In this document: positions 1-12,500 of the stretch, piece after piece
How positions within the stretch are numbered: position 1 is the stretch's first letter
Layout: each line of letters begins with the position of its first letter
Source of the DNA: Octopus bimaculoides
Lineage: Eukaryota
Reading direction: 5' to 3'
Length of the DNA: 64,000 bases
NCBI RefSeq assembly: GCF_001194135.2
Contig: NC_068997.1
Coordinates: 6,778,931-6,842,930 of the forward strand
Program-made: the position numbers and the translations under genes
Notes under the pieces: model-generated
Seen by the model: the letters and a program-made list of their open reading frames with translations, nothing else
The model's database searches: none
What the model was told of the DNA's origin: nothing

Positions 1-513
1 TTTATATTATATTAGATCTAAGTTGTTTGAAGCAGATGAAAATAAAACTCAAGTCATATTTTGAAGAAGTGGAAATCGATCTTCATCCGTCTGTTATTGA
101 CAAAATGAGAGAAAACTGAAATGTATAAAGCATGTCAATAATCTGGGAGGCAGGTCGATATTTCTATGTGACCTATCTGTGTGTTCAAAGTAACTTTCAG
201 GATTTTAAGAAGGGCAACAGATACTGGGATATTTCATTTTAGAATTGGTTAATGATGACAAAATACAGTTTGAGAATTACGAGAATCATACTCTGAAGAT
301 TTAATACTTTTGTTTATCCTACAAATTGATTTATGACGGATCGATCACACCATCTGATTGTATTTTATGAATTTCCTCACATTCCATTGATTACATTTAA
401 TTATTATGATATAATCTTGCTCCATTTCCTCACGCATATGTCATACGTATATTGGCAATCTTGAAATTCCGTATTTGACATTGCTTATGCTGTTATTTAA
501 CTTCTTTCTCTAG

Positions 514-568
514 GAATTGTTCAACGAAGGCTTCTGGTATTTCAATGGCTTTGAAACATTGAAATCAG
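514..568 (+). CDS. Gene A exon ([18 protein letters not shown]), phase 0-1
   Basis: tag|GAA...TCAG|gtaagt. 55 nt, the same length as paralog exon 47415-47469. Confidence 0.7.
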
Positions 569-3500
569 GTAAGTAAAAAGTTTTCATTTTCATAAAAATT
601 ATTAATTATAATTCGTTGCAGTTTCTAAACCCATCTCATGAAAATAAACGTTGAGCTCTTCTTAACAATTACGTTCGGTACGTCTATTTGCAAAACGTTA
701 ATTGCTCATTAATGAATTAATTAAAGATAAAATAATTTTATTCCTAACTAGCAAACACACCCGTCCTTTGGATAAGTTACTTTGCTGATATTTTTTCCAC
801 CAAATAATTGAACTACCGAGAAGGTTTATGAGTAGCACGGCAATCTATGTTTCCGATTAACCTAGGAACGGAAAATCGAATTGAAGGCTGGTTATTGTGA
901 AAGTTGTTGCCCTTTTATTGATCATAGAACATATAAATTTGCAAGCGATGCAAAGTAGAGCTTCTGAAGTGTTTTGGGAGTAGATTACGGGTAATGACCA
1001 CAAAATATAGTTGTTTAACATGAAAGCGAAATTTCTTGTCAGAAACACCCACATAAATGGTATAAGANNNNNNNNNNNNNNNNNNNNNNNNNNNNNNTCA
1101 ACAACAAAGGGAGTTATTTTTTCGGAGAGATAAGCTAACAAAAGCCTTTTTGTTCTGCCTTCCCACATAGTCTGCGCATAGACTAACAGTGAATGCTGCA
1201 TAAATTTTAATTGATATGGAGCTTTCTGAAAGATACGTATAACTTTCGCTAGTGGAAGCAAAACTCTTATTTGAAGACTGATTCTTTGGGACGAATCATA
1301 TGTGATTGTTTAAAAAAAGCTAGAACGACAATGCTAAAACGTATTTGAAACAATGGACAACAGTCGAAATATCATAATGGATGGGTAAATAAGCATCCTT
1401 AAAGTGAAACAACGCATTGGTAGGTAAATAAAGGTATCAACAAAAAGAAGAGAGGGAAGGAAGCATCACCTTTCAAGTAACTCAGAATAGGCAAAGGTAA
1501 ATGTTTAGTGCATGAGCATCCTTGGGACATAAGTAACGTGTGCGTAAAGTTTGGTGAAAATAGGTTGAGAATTGTGGAAATGTATGCATTATCATTATAC
1601 ACACACATACTGTGGTTTATATATATATACTACATTATCTGAGAACCCTAATAAGAGTATTTTAAACATGGATTGCTATGGTCCCGTAGAGGAAGGATTT
1701 ACAGGAAATCTTAACAACACAGCAATACTTGTTTTCTATTCTATGCTATCTTCTTTTTATATGTTACATGTTTAAATATACGTAAACTTCATCAATACGC
1801 CAACTCTTCTATCAGTATCCCGTACATACGCCAAGTCTTTCAATATCCTGTACATGTGTCAACTTCATCAGTACCCTAGACGTACAATATCATCGTGAAT
1901 ATATTCAGACATACATCAACACTGTCCCAGGCACACTGACAATCAGTGAAAAGAATTCAATATTTCTTTGACAAAAACAATAGAAAGTTGAATGAAATGG
2001 TTTGAAGTACTTCGTTTGCATCCTTCTATTTTTGTTAATTCGGATTCTTTAGGAGTTGATTTTACATCTCATCTCCTTATGGAATATTTAAATAAATTTT
2101 AGCTAACAGCAAGAACTAATATACCTTCGCGCGTTAACTTTGAAATCTGTGAGTTTGAAACAAGTTCAGCCTTATCTGACTCTCGTTTCCTTCCTCAAGA
2201 ACTCGATGAATTTACAAACTGAATAAATAGAAATGGGATCTGTATTACTTATCTCAAATTGATATATTATTATTTTTTTCATTAATATTTAGCAGAAGTA
2301 ACTGAGTGACTCAAGGTCCGAGAGTTTTGTGCTTTGGCACTTATCAAACTAGTTGCAGATCGAAGACCTGTGAGTTTATATAGCCGCTGATAAATATATT
2401 TCTCGGCCTGCAACTAGATTGATAAAGTGCCAACGCACGAAACTCTCGGACCTAGAGTCACTTTGTTACTTCTGCTAAATATTTATAAAAATATATATAG
2501 ACTCATATTTTGAGTTTTATTTTCCTGTTTGCATCAACATACCTATAACATTATTTTAAAATTCTATTTTAAAAGATAATTTCACTGAATTTTTCCTGGC
2601 CACTGTTTCGAGCGACTCTAATCCGTAAGTAATGTTGTTTCGTGTTTTTAGTTTATCTCTGATTAGTCATTTTCCCTGTTTAAACTAATGCGATTTGTTT
2701 GGAAACACTTTATACTTCTTTCATTCATAATAATATACCTTTATCGCACTACTTCCCTAAGTTAGCTCTTCAATGCTCCCCGAGTTATACATTTGATCAC
2801 TAAGTTCATTATTGTCTTATCCAAGCAGAGGAAATCGTTCACATCTCACGATCATTTACCCTTTAAACAATTTTATTTTCTTACACCAACGAATGTAGAG
2901 TTTTACACTTTTTTCCCCAACTCCGAAAGGATGAAAGGCAAAGTCGACCTCGGCGGAATTTGAACTCAGAACGTAAAGACGGACGAAACACCACTAAGCA
3001 TTTTGTCCGGCGTGCTAACAATTCTGCCTAACCACAATTAACGACAAAAAACAGTACCAACAACTAATTAGTGCCAGGCAGACTGAGCTGTTGTGAGGTC
3101 TTACCATAAATTATAAGCTACTTTTTATATACAGACAAGATGAAGACACTGGTCGGAAGATGTCATTGTTTTGAGTCAGTTATACTTGCAATGTACGTGG
3201 TAATTATGATTACTTTCGATTTCTTTTCAGATACAATTCTGGTCCAAGCCAAATTTCTGTGAACAGCTCGACTAAATTTCTGGCCATACATACATCACAG
3301 TTTAGTTTGTTGTTAGATTTGTGGCCACCACAGTCTGTTATTCATCCCTCTGCTAAAGTTGTCGTCAGCGATAAAAATAATGAACATGAAGAAAACATTC
3401 GGTTCGAACCAGAATGTTTCTTGTCTGGAAAACCTCAATTTGGAAGAGGAATGGTGTCACTCTCTTATTGTAACGGTTTAGTAAGTATTGAGTTTGTTGA

Positions 3501-6500
3501 TATTTTTTATTTTACTTTCAACGAATTCTTTCATGTATGGGTAAGAAACCCTGAGTCCGCCGGTGAAATTTTGTCCACGTTCAAATAAAACAAAATAAAA
3601 CAATAATTTGATATAAGTTGCTTGCTAAAGAATTTATAAAATTAAAGAGTAAGAAAATATCTAGAGAAAACAGTAACTAGCAGAAGGGAGTTAAAAGCTG
3701 ATTTAGATGAGGTTTTTAGAAAGGATTTCGCAGTAGTGACGGTGAGAATGGCGCTTTTGATTATTCCTTCGGCACTAAACACGAAGGTAACGTTGTCCAA
3801 GTTGAGAGACAGGTACAAAAGCCCGACGACACTTAAGCTGTTCGATGTTCCCGGATGGAAGAGATGTACCGTAGCAGCGGAACAAGGATATTGATATTGA
3901 TGAGCCGTGAGGAATGATATTTAATTTCGAGTGAATATCTATTATTTTCAACAGCACCTTCTTTACCAAACTGCAAATGGCAAATTAACAGAATTAGACA
4001 CTCCCGACTTCGATGCATACAAACTTTAGCGTCAGAAGTAGAGTGGTGTAAGAATCTAATTCCAGCTTCTAAAATAACGGATGCTGCGTCTAATCGTATG
4101 AGAAATAAGTTATGTAAAAGTGAGAATGAAATGGTAACGAAATCAAGTCTGTGATTTTGCATCTCGATTCATCGAGAGGCAAGTTCATGTCGTTAGTGAC
4201 GGTGTAGTCTGTTTTGGAATCGAGAGTCCGGTTATGAGTCTGTTTAGGTCCAAACCTCCAAGAACTGAGACGAAGTTAGAAGTGAGGTGACCAATCTCAC
4301 CTAAAAGTGCATCGATGGAAAGCTATCGGCTGATCGGCGCGCCTTGCTCCAGGCTGCATTTGACTAGGTTAGACCATCGGCTTTGTTGCTCCTTTTGCAA
4401 AGATTGGGTTCTCTGGCCAAACATCTCTGCTGCCAACATCAATGCTGATGATGCACAAATTTGCACCGAGGTTGCGACGTCTGCAACGATACAGAAACGC
4501 CGAATAGGTGCAGCCGTATTTGTCAAGTATGTTCTCCCGCAGCTCGTCTTTCCGACAGAACTGTCGACCAAATTTGGGCAGCTGAAATATTATCAGATGT
4601 TCATAATCCTCGACCAGTAGGGCAATGTCGTCAGTCATTCTACAAAGGGTTAGAGTGCTGATACGGGAATCCATTTAATTATTTAATTCATTATATTTCC
4701 CTTCTTCTAAATTCCGAGCCATGTATTAATGACAAAAACAACGCTTTGGGGAGTTGAATGGCAGAAACGCTACAGCACTGAATACGATAATGTATTTGTT
4801 TCATTCTAATGGTTTTGAGTTCAAATTCTAAACATAATGAGTTTGTCTTTCATCACTCTGACTATCAACTTTACATATTTTTTAGAAATATGAACCAATT
4901 AGAAAATTCATTATTATCATTAACACCATCTTGTACAGCGGAATCTGTTTGATTATCAGAGGGAAAGGTCACCAGGTAGAGGCAGGTGGTTATTTCTGTG
5001 TTTAATTATTGAACTTTTTCTGTGCTTTCTGAGCACTATTTGCCTGAACTTGGTCATTTCCTTTGCGTATGCAATAGCGCTTGCGTACACACACACACGC
5101 GTGCGCGCAATTTCATATCTTATTTCTTGTCATTTTAATGTCACTTTGTTGTCCTCGTAGGAAATAAGAAATTATTGTTGTTGTTGTTCATAGCGCCATA
5201 AGACAGAATTACTTTCTCGATTTAGCATATTTTACTGCCCTTACATCTCAGTAAGACCAATGATGATGTCACAAATTTTCTGTTCCACTCCATCATTCCT
5301 TAAACATCTTAGAATATCTATAGAACTTTCGACATGAAGCTGTCCCCGATTTTTACACAATTTATCAATAATCACTTCCTCCAGCACGGAATAATTGTTA
5401 CCAATGGCAGTGACTATCAAATAATTGCTCCTCGTTCAACTTGTGCTGAAAACATTTATTTGATTGCAAGACGGGCATCCAGTAATCTGATGCAACAAGG
5501 TAAATTAATATTTTACATAACTTTTGGAAAAGAGAGATCAGCAGCAATAAAATAAATTGATCTCGCTTCGTTGTAACGCGTGAAATTTGTCTCAGCTTGT
5601 GATCCATTACACGATTGAACATATTTTTTTATATTTCCTACATATAGATTCAATAGCCTAGTGAAATCTCATTCACTAAACTAAGGGTCTACCTATTATT
5701 ATTACTCTCGCTTCTGATGATGATTGTTGTGCTCATATCATTGTTGTGAAGCTCCGAGTCAAGGTACGCAAATTGGCGGGAGAACGATTTGGCGCGGCGA
5801 CCCACAACCTTTTTCATTAAATTCAAGTTTATTTTATTCGGTAGTTTTACCAACGTTAAAGACGCTATGGTAAGATTTCAGGCCGAATGAGCTGACCCAT
5901 TGACCTACGTGTCTTACAAAACATTGAAATAGTGGCCAAAAGAAGTGGAACACTGAAGGAAATAAAATTTTAATTTAAACACCACCCGGCGATAGAAATA
6001 AGGCATGAGACAATGAACGGAGATCAATTCGTTCTGAAAATAATGTTGAAAATATTTTTGTATAAATTTATCAGAGTAAGAAAGGACAGTGCTCAAAACC
6101 ACTGTTAGACCCGCCGATCCTTGTTGTAGGGAGATATCCAGAGATATGATGCCTTGTCCGAATGTTTCCCACAGAGTAGACTCCACAAAAGGCAACCAAA
6201 AGCCAAATGGTTAAACCGAGTGTGTTGGATGGTTTGAGTGAAGTCGATATGTCATTAGTTAGTACTGGGAAGCAAAGCAAGCCATAGTAGCGATAAAAAG
6301 CTAGGAGCTTGCAACTGTGCATTAGAGATTTGGGTATGTTATAGTGTGAGTTTTTGTCAATGAACTGAAAATCTTTCCTTTTAATCTAGAGTGTTTGTCC
6401 TGGTAGCAGCGGCTTCAAAGTTCTTCCAATAACATAGATACTACATTTTAAAAGAATTCAAGCATGTAATTAAAAATGTTTTAAGAGTTCGATTCTTTCA

Positions 6501-9500
6501 CTTTCGTTCCCCAAATAAGTAACAGGCTTCTGCAAAACAGTCATTGTTTCCGCAAAAGTTTAAAATAAGAATTTTTTTCTTTCTGACGAACCTTATTTCT
6601 TGACGGACCTAAATTTTTATTTTTTTGACAACATCTATTTCATAGAATCAAGTGAAATTTGCATATTTTTAACATAACGTTTACGCTATATATTTTAAAT
6701 TGTATTTTGTAATAATATACACGTTAACGCAAATGAAAACTCTTCTTGTTTTCCATACTAAATTTCACAGTTATCATCCTCTTGATCAAGAATGTTTTAG
6801 CGATATATACTTTAACGGTCCAGAAAAAAGAGCATTTCAGTCAACTTTAACACGGTTGATATAAGAAAATGAGAAGACCCTATAGTTCTGCCAACACCAT
6901 TTTTTCTTACAGAAATCTTTGAAGATAAAGGGTTTTTTTTGCTATTATGTTATGCTCAATAACAAAATATGAAAATGATTTCCAATGCTGAATTTTTTTT
7001 TTTTTTGTCACCCAAGTAAACAAAATGGAAGAAGCGAGAACAACACATGAAAAGTTAACGATAGAATTGGCTTTATTTTATGACCAGTCTGTATACAATT
7101 ACTTGGAAGAGAAAACGAACTCTAAGTCTTTGAAAGAAAAACTACAATATCTTGTGGCTGCATGGAATACGGTAAGTAAATAATCTAGAAATATATTTCG
7201 TATTTTTAAACACTATTTCCTTTCTGTATTGAAAACTGTTTGAAATACAAAGAGAAGCAAAAAATCTACCATTTCAGTATTTCTTCTGCATTTCTATGTT
7301 TCAGGTTCAATATGAGTTTAATAAAGAAAACCAACTGGGATATTCGATAAAACTAATCATTAAGTATATCAATATTTTTAGAGAAAATCCAGTAAGTCTC
7401 AATTTAATTCTGTATTCTGACAAAATACCTTCTTCCATGATATCGTTTAAAAAAATAATTTTAGAGAAAATTTGACGAAAACAGAACGACTGATAAAAAT
7501 AAAAGAAAATATTAAGATAGGAAAAAAACTAGGAATCGTACAAATGCTGTAGATATTAAGTTAAAATTAGCAAAGTTCTATCAGAATTGTTTTCATCTCT
7601 GTTCTAGAGTTTAATAAAACCTTGTACGATTAAACTGACATCTAATGAATACCGATTTTGATAAATCAAAGGATTCACATAACATAAAATCTCGATTGCG
7701 AGAAAACTGGTGAGGGACTACAACAATAAACAAAGAAAAGGTCGTGAATTGTTGAATAAATTCAATAACGGCGAGGAGAAGAAATCTCTTACATATTTTT
7801 GCCCTTCAGCAATAAGTACAATATGAAGTAGGTGTTTATATCATCGAGGGTAGAGATGTGAAGCCTTCCAAATACTTCCTGTTCAGCAGACAACTGTTGA
7901 AGGACAAAAGCTCGAAACGTTAGATTTTTTACTCTCCTCAGCGGTTTAATGTATTCGACATGCCACAAACTTTGCCAGAGGATTCATGACTAATAAAGAA
8001 CAAATCATCACACAAGATTGAATTATTTACTTCAGAGTAAAGACATAGATAGCTCAATTAGTATGAACCTATCAACCGATTGAAAGGTCGATAGGCTCAA
8101 TTAGTATGAACCTATCAACCAACTGAAAGGTCGATATTTCGTGTCCCGTCAACGATGCTGTCTTGTATTAACACTCGATGATAAATAACTCCTGTTAGCT
8201 AAGTCCACCGAGCTGTAAATATATACCATGGTCAAATATAGTTCACGACTGTAATGTGCTATCACTATATAACTGAAAAGTGTTTAGCAATACTAACTGT
8301 AATCCTTCCCATTGGAAAAGGAATCACACAGTCTGAAACCAGCGTCTTCAGTACACTTGGTCGTATTTGCCACTGGATTCGAGCTCTGTCTACATGTGAT
8401 GACAAGTCTGCAACATCCCATTCCGTAATATATTATTCAATGACAGACATCAAACATCAGATGGAAGGTAACTTAATCAAAATGACGGCTCCGATCATTG
8501 TAAAGACAGCGACAACGACGTGTCAAGCTTCCCTGTTGACAACCGAATTATGAATTCAATTATTTCCCCATTTCTTTGTGCCATTAATCAGTCCATTGTT
8601 TTTTCATATTGAACAAACATTTATCAGTTGTGATGATTACTTTCAGTCTTGGTACAAAACAAACAGTTTCGCGCTGGCTCTACGAAGTGTTTGTGTTTGG
8701 GCAGAGGAAAGGAAACTCAACTATGATCACATACACATCGTAACTAAGTGAGTTTTATTATCAATCTTTATTTAAATGAGAGTGAACAAAATCGAGCAAT
8801 AATTCGTTGTTGTAGATCGACAAATAATGAACAGCTTCATTCAGAAATATTCTTAATACATCAAAAGCATTTATGTTTTACGTTTTTTATTGGTTTCGCA
8901 TATTAGACTGCGGTCAAGCTGGGGGCACTGCCTTCCAAGAATATTGCTGATCATATCGGTCCAGGTAGACATTTCAGTTTGGTACCTATTTTATCAATTT
9001 GTATTTATTGGGTGGCTGAGTTATCTTTTAATGCGAAACTGGTTTTTATTGACCGTCTTGTGCCAAATGCATAAACGAAGAAACGGTGACACGTAGACAC
9101 TCATGCACGCGCACGGACGCACACAATACCTCTTTCTATTATTTACTCTGAACGAAAATTCTTTATAACGAAGTAATATGATAGCATTTTAAAGAAAACG
9201 TCAAAAGTCATTAACGTTTGTTTTTCGCTAAAAAATATAAATCTTTGTGCTGAGTCAAAAGATTTTGTGGACCGATCATGAGAAAGCCCAACATGGGAAA
9301 GCTGAATTTCAGAATACGGAAACTTGAAGAATCGAATGCTCAGGACACNNNNNNNNNNAGAAGACAACAAGAAGCAAAAGGACAGAATGAAGCGTTGGAC
9401 CTTACCTTGCCGACCGCAGCGGGGTACACGATCGCTCCTAATCAGAACACGTCTTTCTCGTAACGTCGCTGTTTTCTCACTGGCCCCACGTGCTAGCCTT

Positions 9501-12500
9501 CGACCGCGTGTCGCAGACTTCCGATCTGACACTTCCGATCTGACCCTTCCGGTCTGGCCCTTCCGGTCTGGCTTCACCTCTGTTTGCCTCACCCCTCTCC
9601 ACCACAACACACAGCTCATCACAGCCCATAACCACATATCCATTTTGAGGTAGCATAATACAGAGTAAATATGATTCCTCAAATAAACTCCGTTTTAAAA
9701 CTGTTAAATACATATTTTTAAGACCGTTTTCTTCTTATTTTCTCCTTAAGGTTCTGACGTAGCATATAAAAACAAATGTGTTATTCTATGTCGCTCAAAT
9801 AAACTCCCTTTTAAAATCGTAAATACATTTTTTAATGCCATTTATCATATTTTGCCCCAAAATATTTCTAAAATTCGGTGTTTCAAATATTCAGTCTCTC
9901 GAGCTTTCGACATTCCGATTTTAGGTTAATTTGAAATTTGGCCTTCTCAGGTTTTTGCCTCTCGCGTCAGGCCTTCACGCATTTGAACTTTATGATCCAA
10001 GTCCAAAGATGTCATCTGTAAATGTTTTTGCTAAACTTGAATACTTTTATCTAATGTCTGTCATCTTACTTCGTTTAGCAAAACTTTCCCCATATTCTTC
10101 GTATCAGAAAGTTTTTCTAGAATAAATGTGAACCACAAACTCGTAGGTTTTATTCATTTACAACTCATGTCGATAGAAATCCATGTCATAACTAGTTACG
10201 AAATTTAATTTTCAGTGATGAACATATCAGATCTCGTGTGTACTTTGATGTTGCCTAGAAAATTGTGTTCTTTTTTATTAAGTTCCAGTATAATTCTTAT
10301 TTCAGTAGCAAAAATAGCAACCTGCTCGGCCTTGGAGGTTCTGGAGGAATTTGTGGTGGCGGTAGATGTGCAATTTCCAAATCAATCAAGTGGGGAGACT
10401 ACGACACTTTAAGTCATGAAATAGCTCATGGGTATGTACTTCGTAATAAAACAAAACTTGCTGTTTAGGCTGGTCCTGGTCAAGTAGACCTATGATCAGG
10501 AACTTTTCAATTGTGACCAAACATGAAATTTAGCTGATATTTCTATAATATCAAAAGACCACTTAGAGGTTCCCTCGCTGGCTTTAAACGATGAAAGATA
10601 TTTCAGAGCGATGACTCTTGGAGATTTTAAGAATAGTTTATTCATTACTTTAACAACAAACTCATCTAAAAAATACCCCTTACGTTTCGTAGTTCTGGTT
10701 GGTTCGCGTCTCCAAATCAAGCTGGATTATTCGACCACATTCATTGACTCAGCTCCAATTCACCACTCACATTCTACTTCTCAGTATCTATTTTTTTCTT
10801 CCGTCTTTCTTGCCCTCTTCCTCCTTACTATCACTTTTCATCTCTCACCTTTCTCTCCACAAAAGTACAACCAAACGGTATTTCAAGAGACCAACAATTC
10901 GATTCTATGTCGATGTGATATGAGAGACATGGTCCCTGGTAATCACTGAAGACTGGACTTATGAAGCTGTGTAGATATGACATTAATAAATCTTGTTATA
11001 ATTTTTTAAATCTTGTTATAATTCTTTAAATCTTGTTATAATTCTTTAAATCTTTTTAAAACTTCAGATGAAGAAAAGTGTATTCTAATATTTCAAAGAA
11101 TATTTGTTGTTGCTTTCAGTATTGATATTCCTCATGACGGTCATCCCAATTGTGCAAATTATACGGGAAGAAGTGGTGTAATGGGCGACAGAAACACTGG
11201 ATGGAGCGTCTGCGCAGCAAAATACTTCGAAAGATGGTTAAAACGGTAATTCTTTATAATATATTATGACAATAGAATCGAACAAACATTTAGTATTTTT
11301 GGAATCAATGTTGTGATGGTTTAGTCTAGGCTTAAAAACATAAGTTTAGGATAACTAAATACATATATTTTTTTCAATTTGTACTTTCGTTTACAGAATA
11401 CGAACGTAACTTTCTCTCTCTATAGCAGGAGTCTGGAGAATGGTATTAGTGGTGGCAATGGTGTCAGTGGTAATGGTAGTGATCTCGTGTTATTAGTAAT
11501 TACGATGTTGGTGCTGATAGTGTTTTTTGGTAGTAGCGTTTGGTGGCGGCGATGTCGGTGCCAATGATGGTAGTGACAGTGGTAATGATTGTGATGGTAG
11601 CAGTGTTAGGTGGTATTGACAGTGGAGGTTGTAGTAGTTGTGGTGCTTGTGGCAACACTAGTGAAGGCAGTGGTGTTGGTGGTAATGACCAATGGCATTA
11701 TTGACAAAGACACTGGCAGCGTTGGTAACAACGAGTAACGATCACAGTTGTAGTAGCTTCCCATCTTCTTTATCTTCCTTCGGTGGAATTTAATGAATTG
11801 ATAAAAATAAGTCAAGTTTGAAGTTCATATCGATTTGTGGGAATCCTATATTTTGCAAATTGGATAAATATTTACAAAATCTTTTTCTTTTAGTGGTAAA
11901 GGCAAATGTATGCAAGAAGAAAATGTTTCCGTCAGCGTAACCAAAGGAAAGACTCATTCCATTGTAGATACTTTTGGTAGCGGATTACTACCTGGTAAGT
12001 GTGTGTGCCTTTTCACTTTTTACTTTATTATTTTTCTTCTGTCTTATTTTGTTATCTGATAGCTATATCTTGCTCTTTCACGTTCAGTGGATCGTTCTAA
12101 GATATATTTCCTGGTTTCTAGTTACAAAAGTGATTGTATCTTTAAACATGGAATTCAAGACAAACACTAAGTCCATCGACAATAAAGTCTTTGTTTAAAC
12201 ACTTGCCCATCTCGATTTACTGCAAAATACGAATAATTTTGTTAACCAAATTATATTTCAATCTCAAAGAACCAATATATCCAATTGATTCTTGATTGGT
12301 TTGACCACACTGAATATCTGTATTATAGGTTTAATGTCAAAATAAGCAGTATTACAGAGAGGCAGTATCATTGTTCCTTCGTGAGGTTATTTGTTCTTTA
12401 TTTCTAAAATAGTAACATTGCTTTTATTTTACTAGATAATGGATAAAGTTCGTTCCTGTTAGCCAGTTGGCATCACTTGATAGAACCACTAGTTGGATAA

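Noticed and set aside
11420-11700. Mucin-like Thr/Ser-rich or Gly/Val-rich coding stretch
   Set aside because: Degenerate (GGT/GAT) low-complexity intronic sequence lacking usable splice sites; the neighbouring exons join in frame without it.
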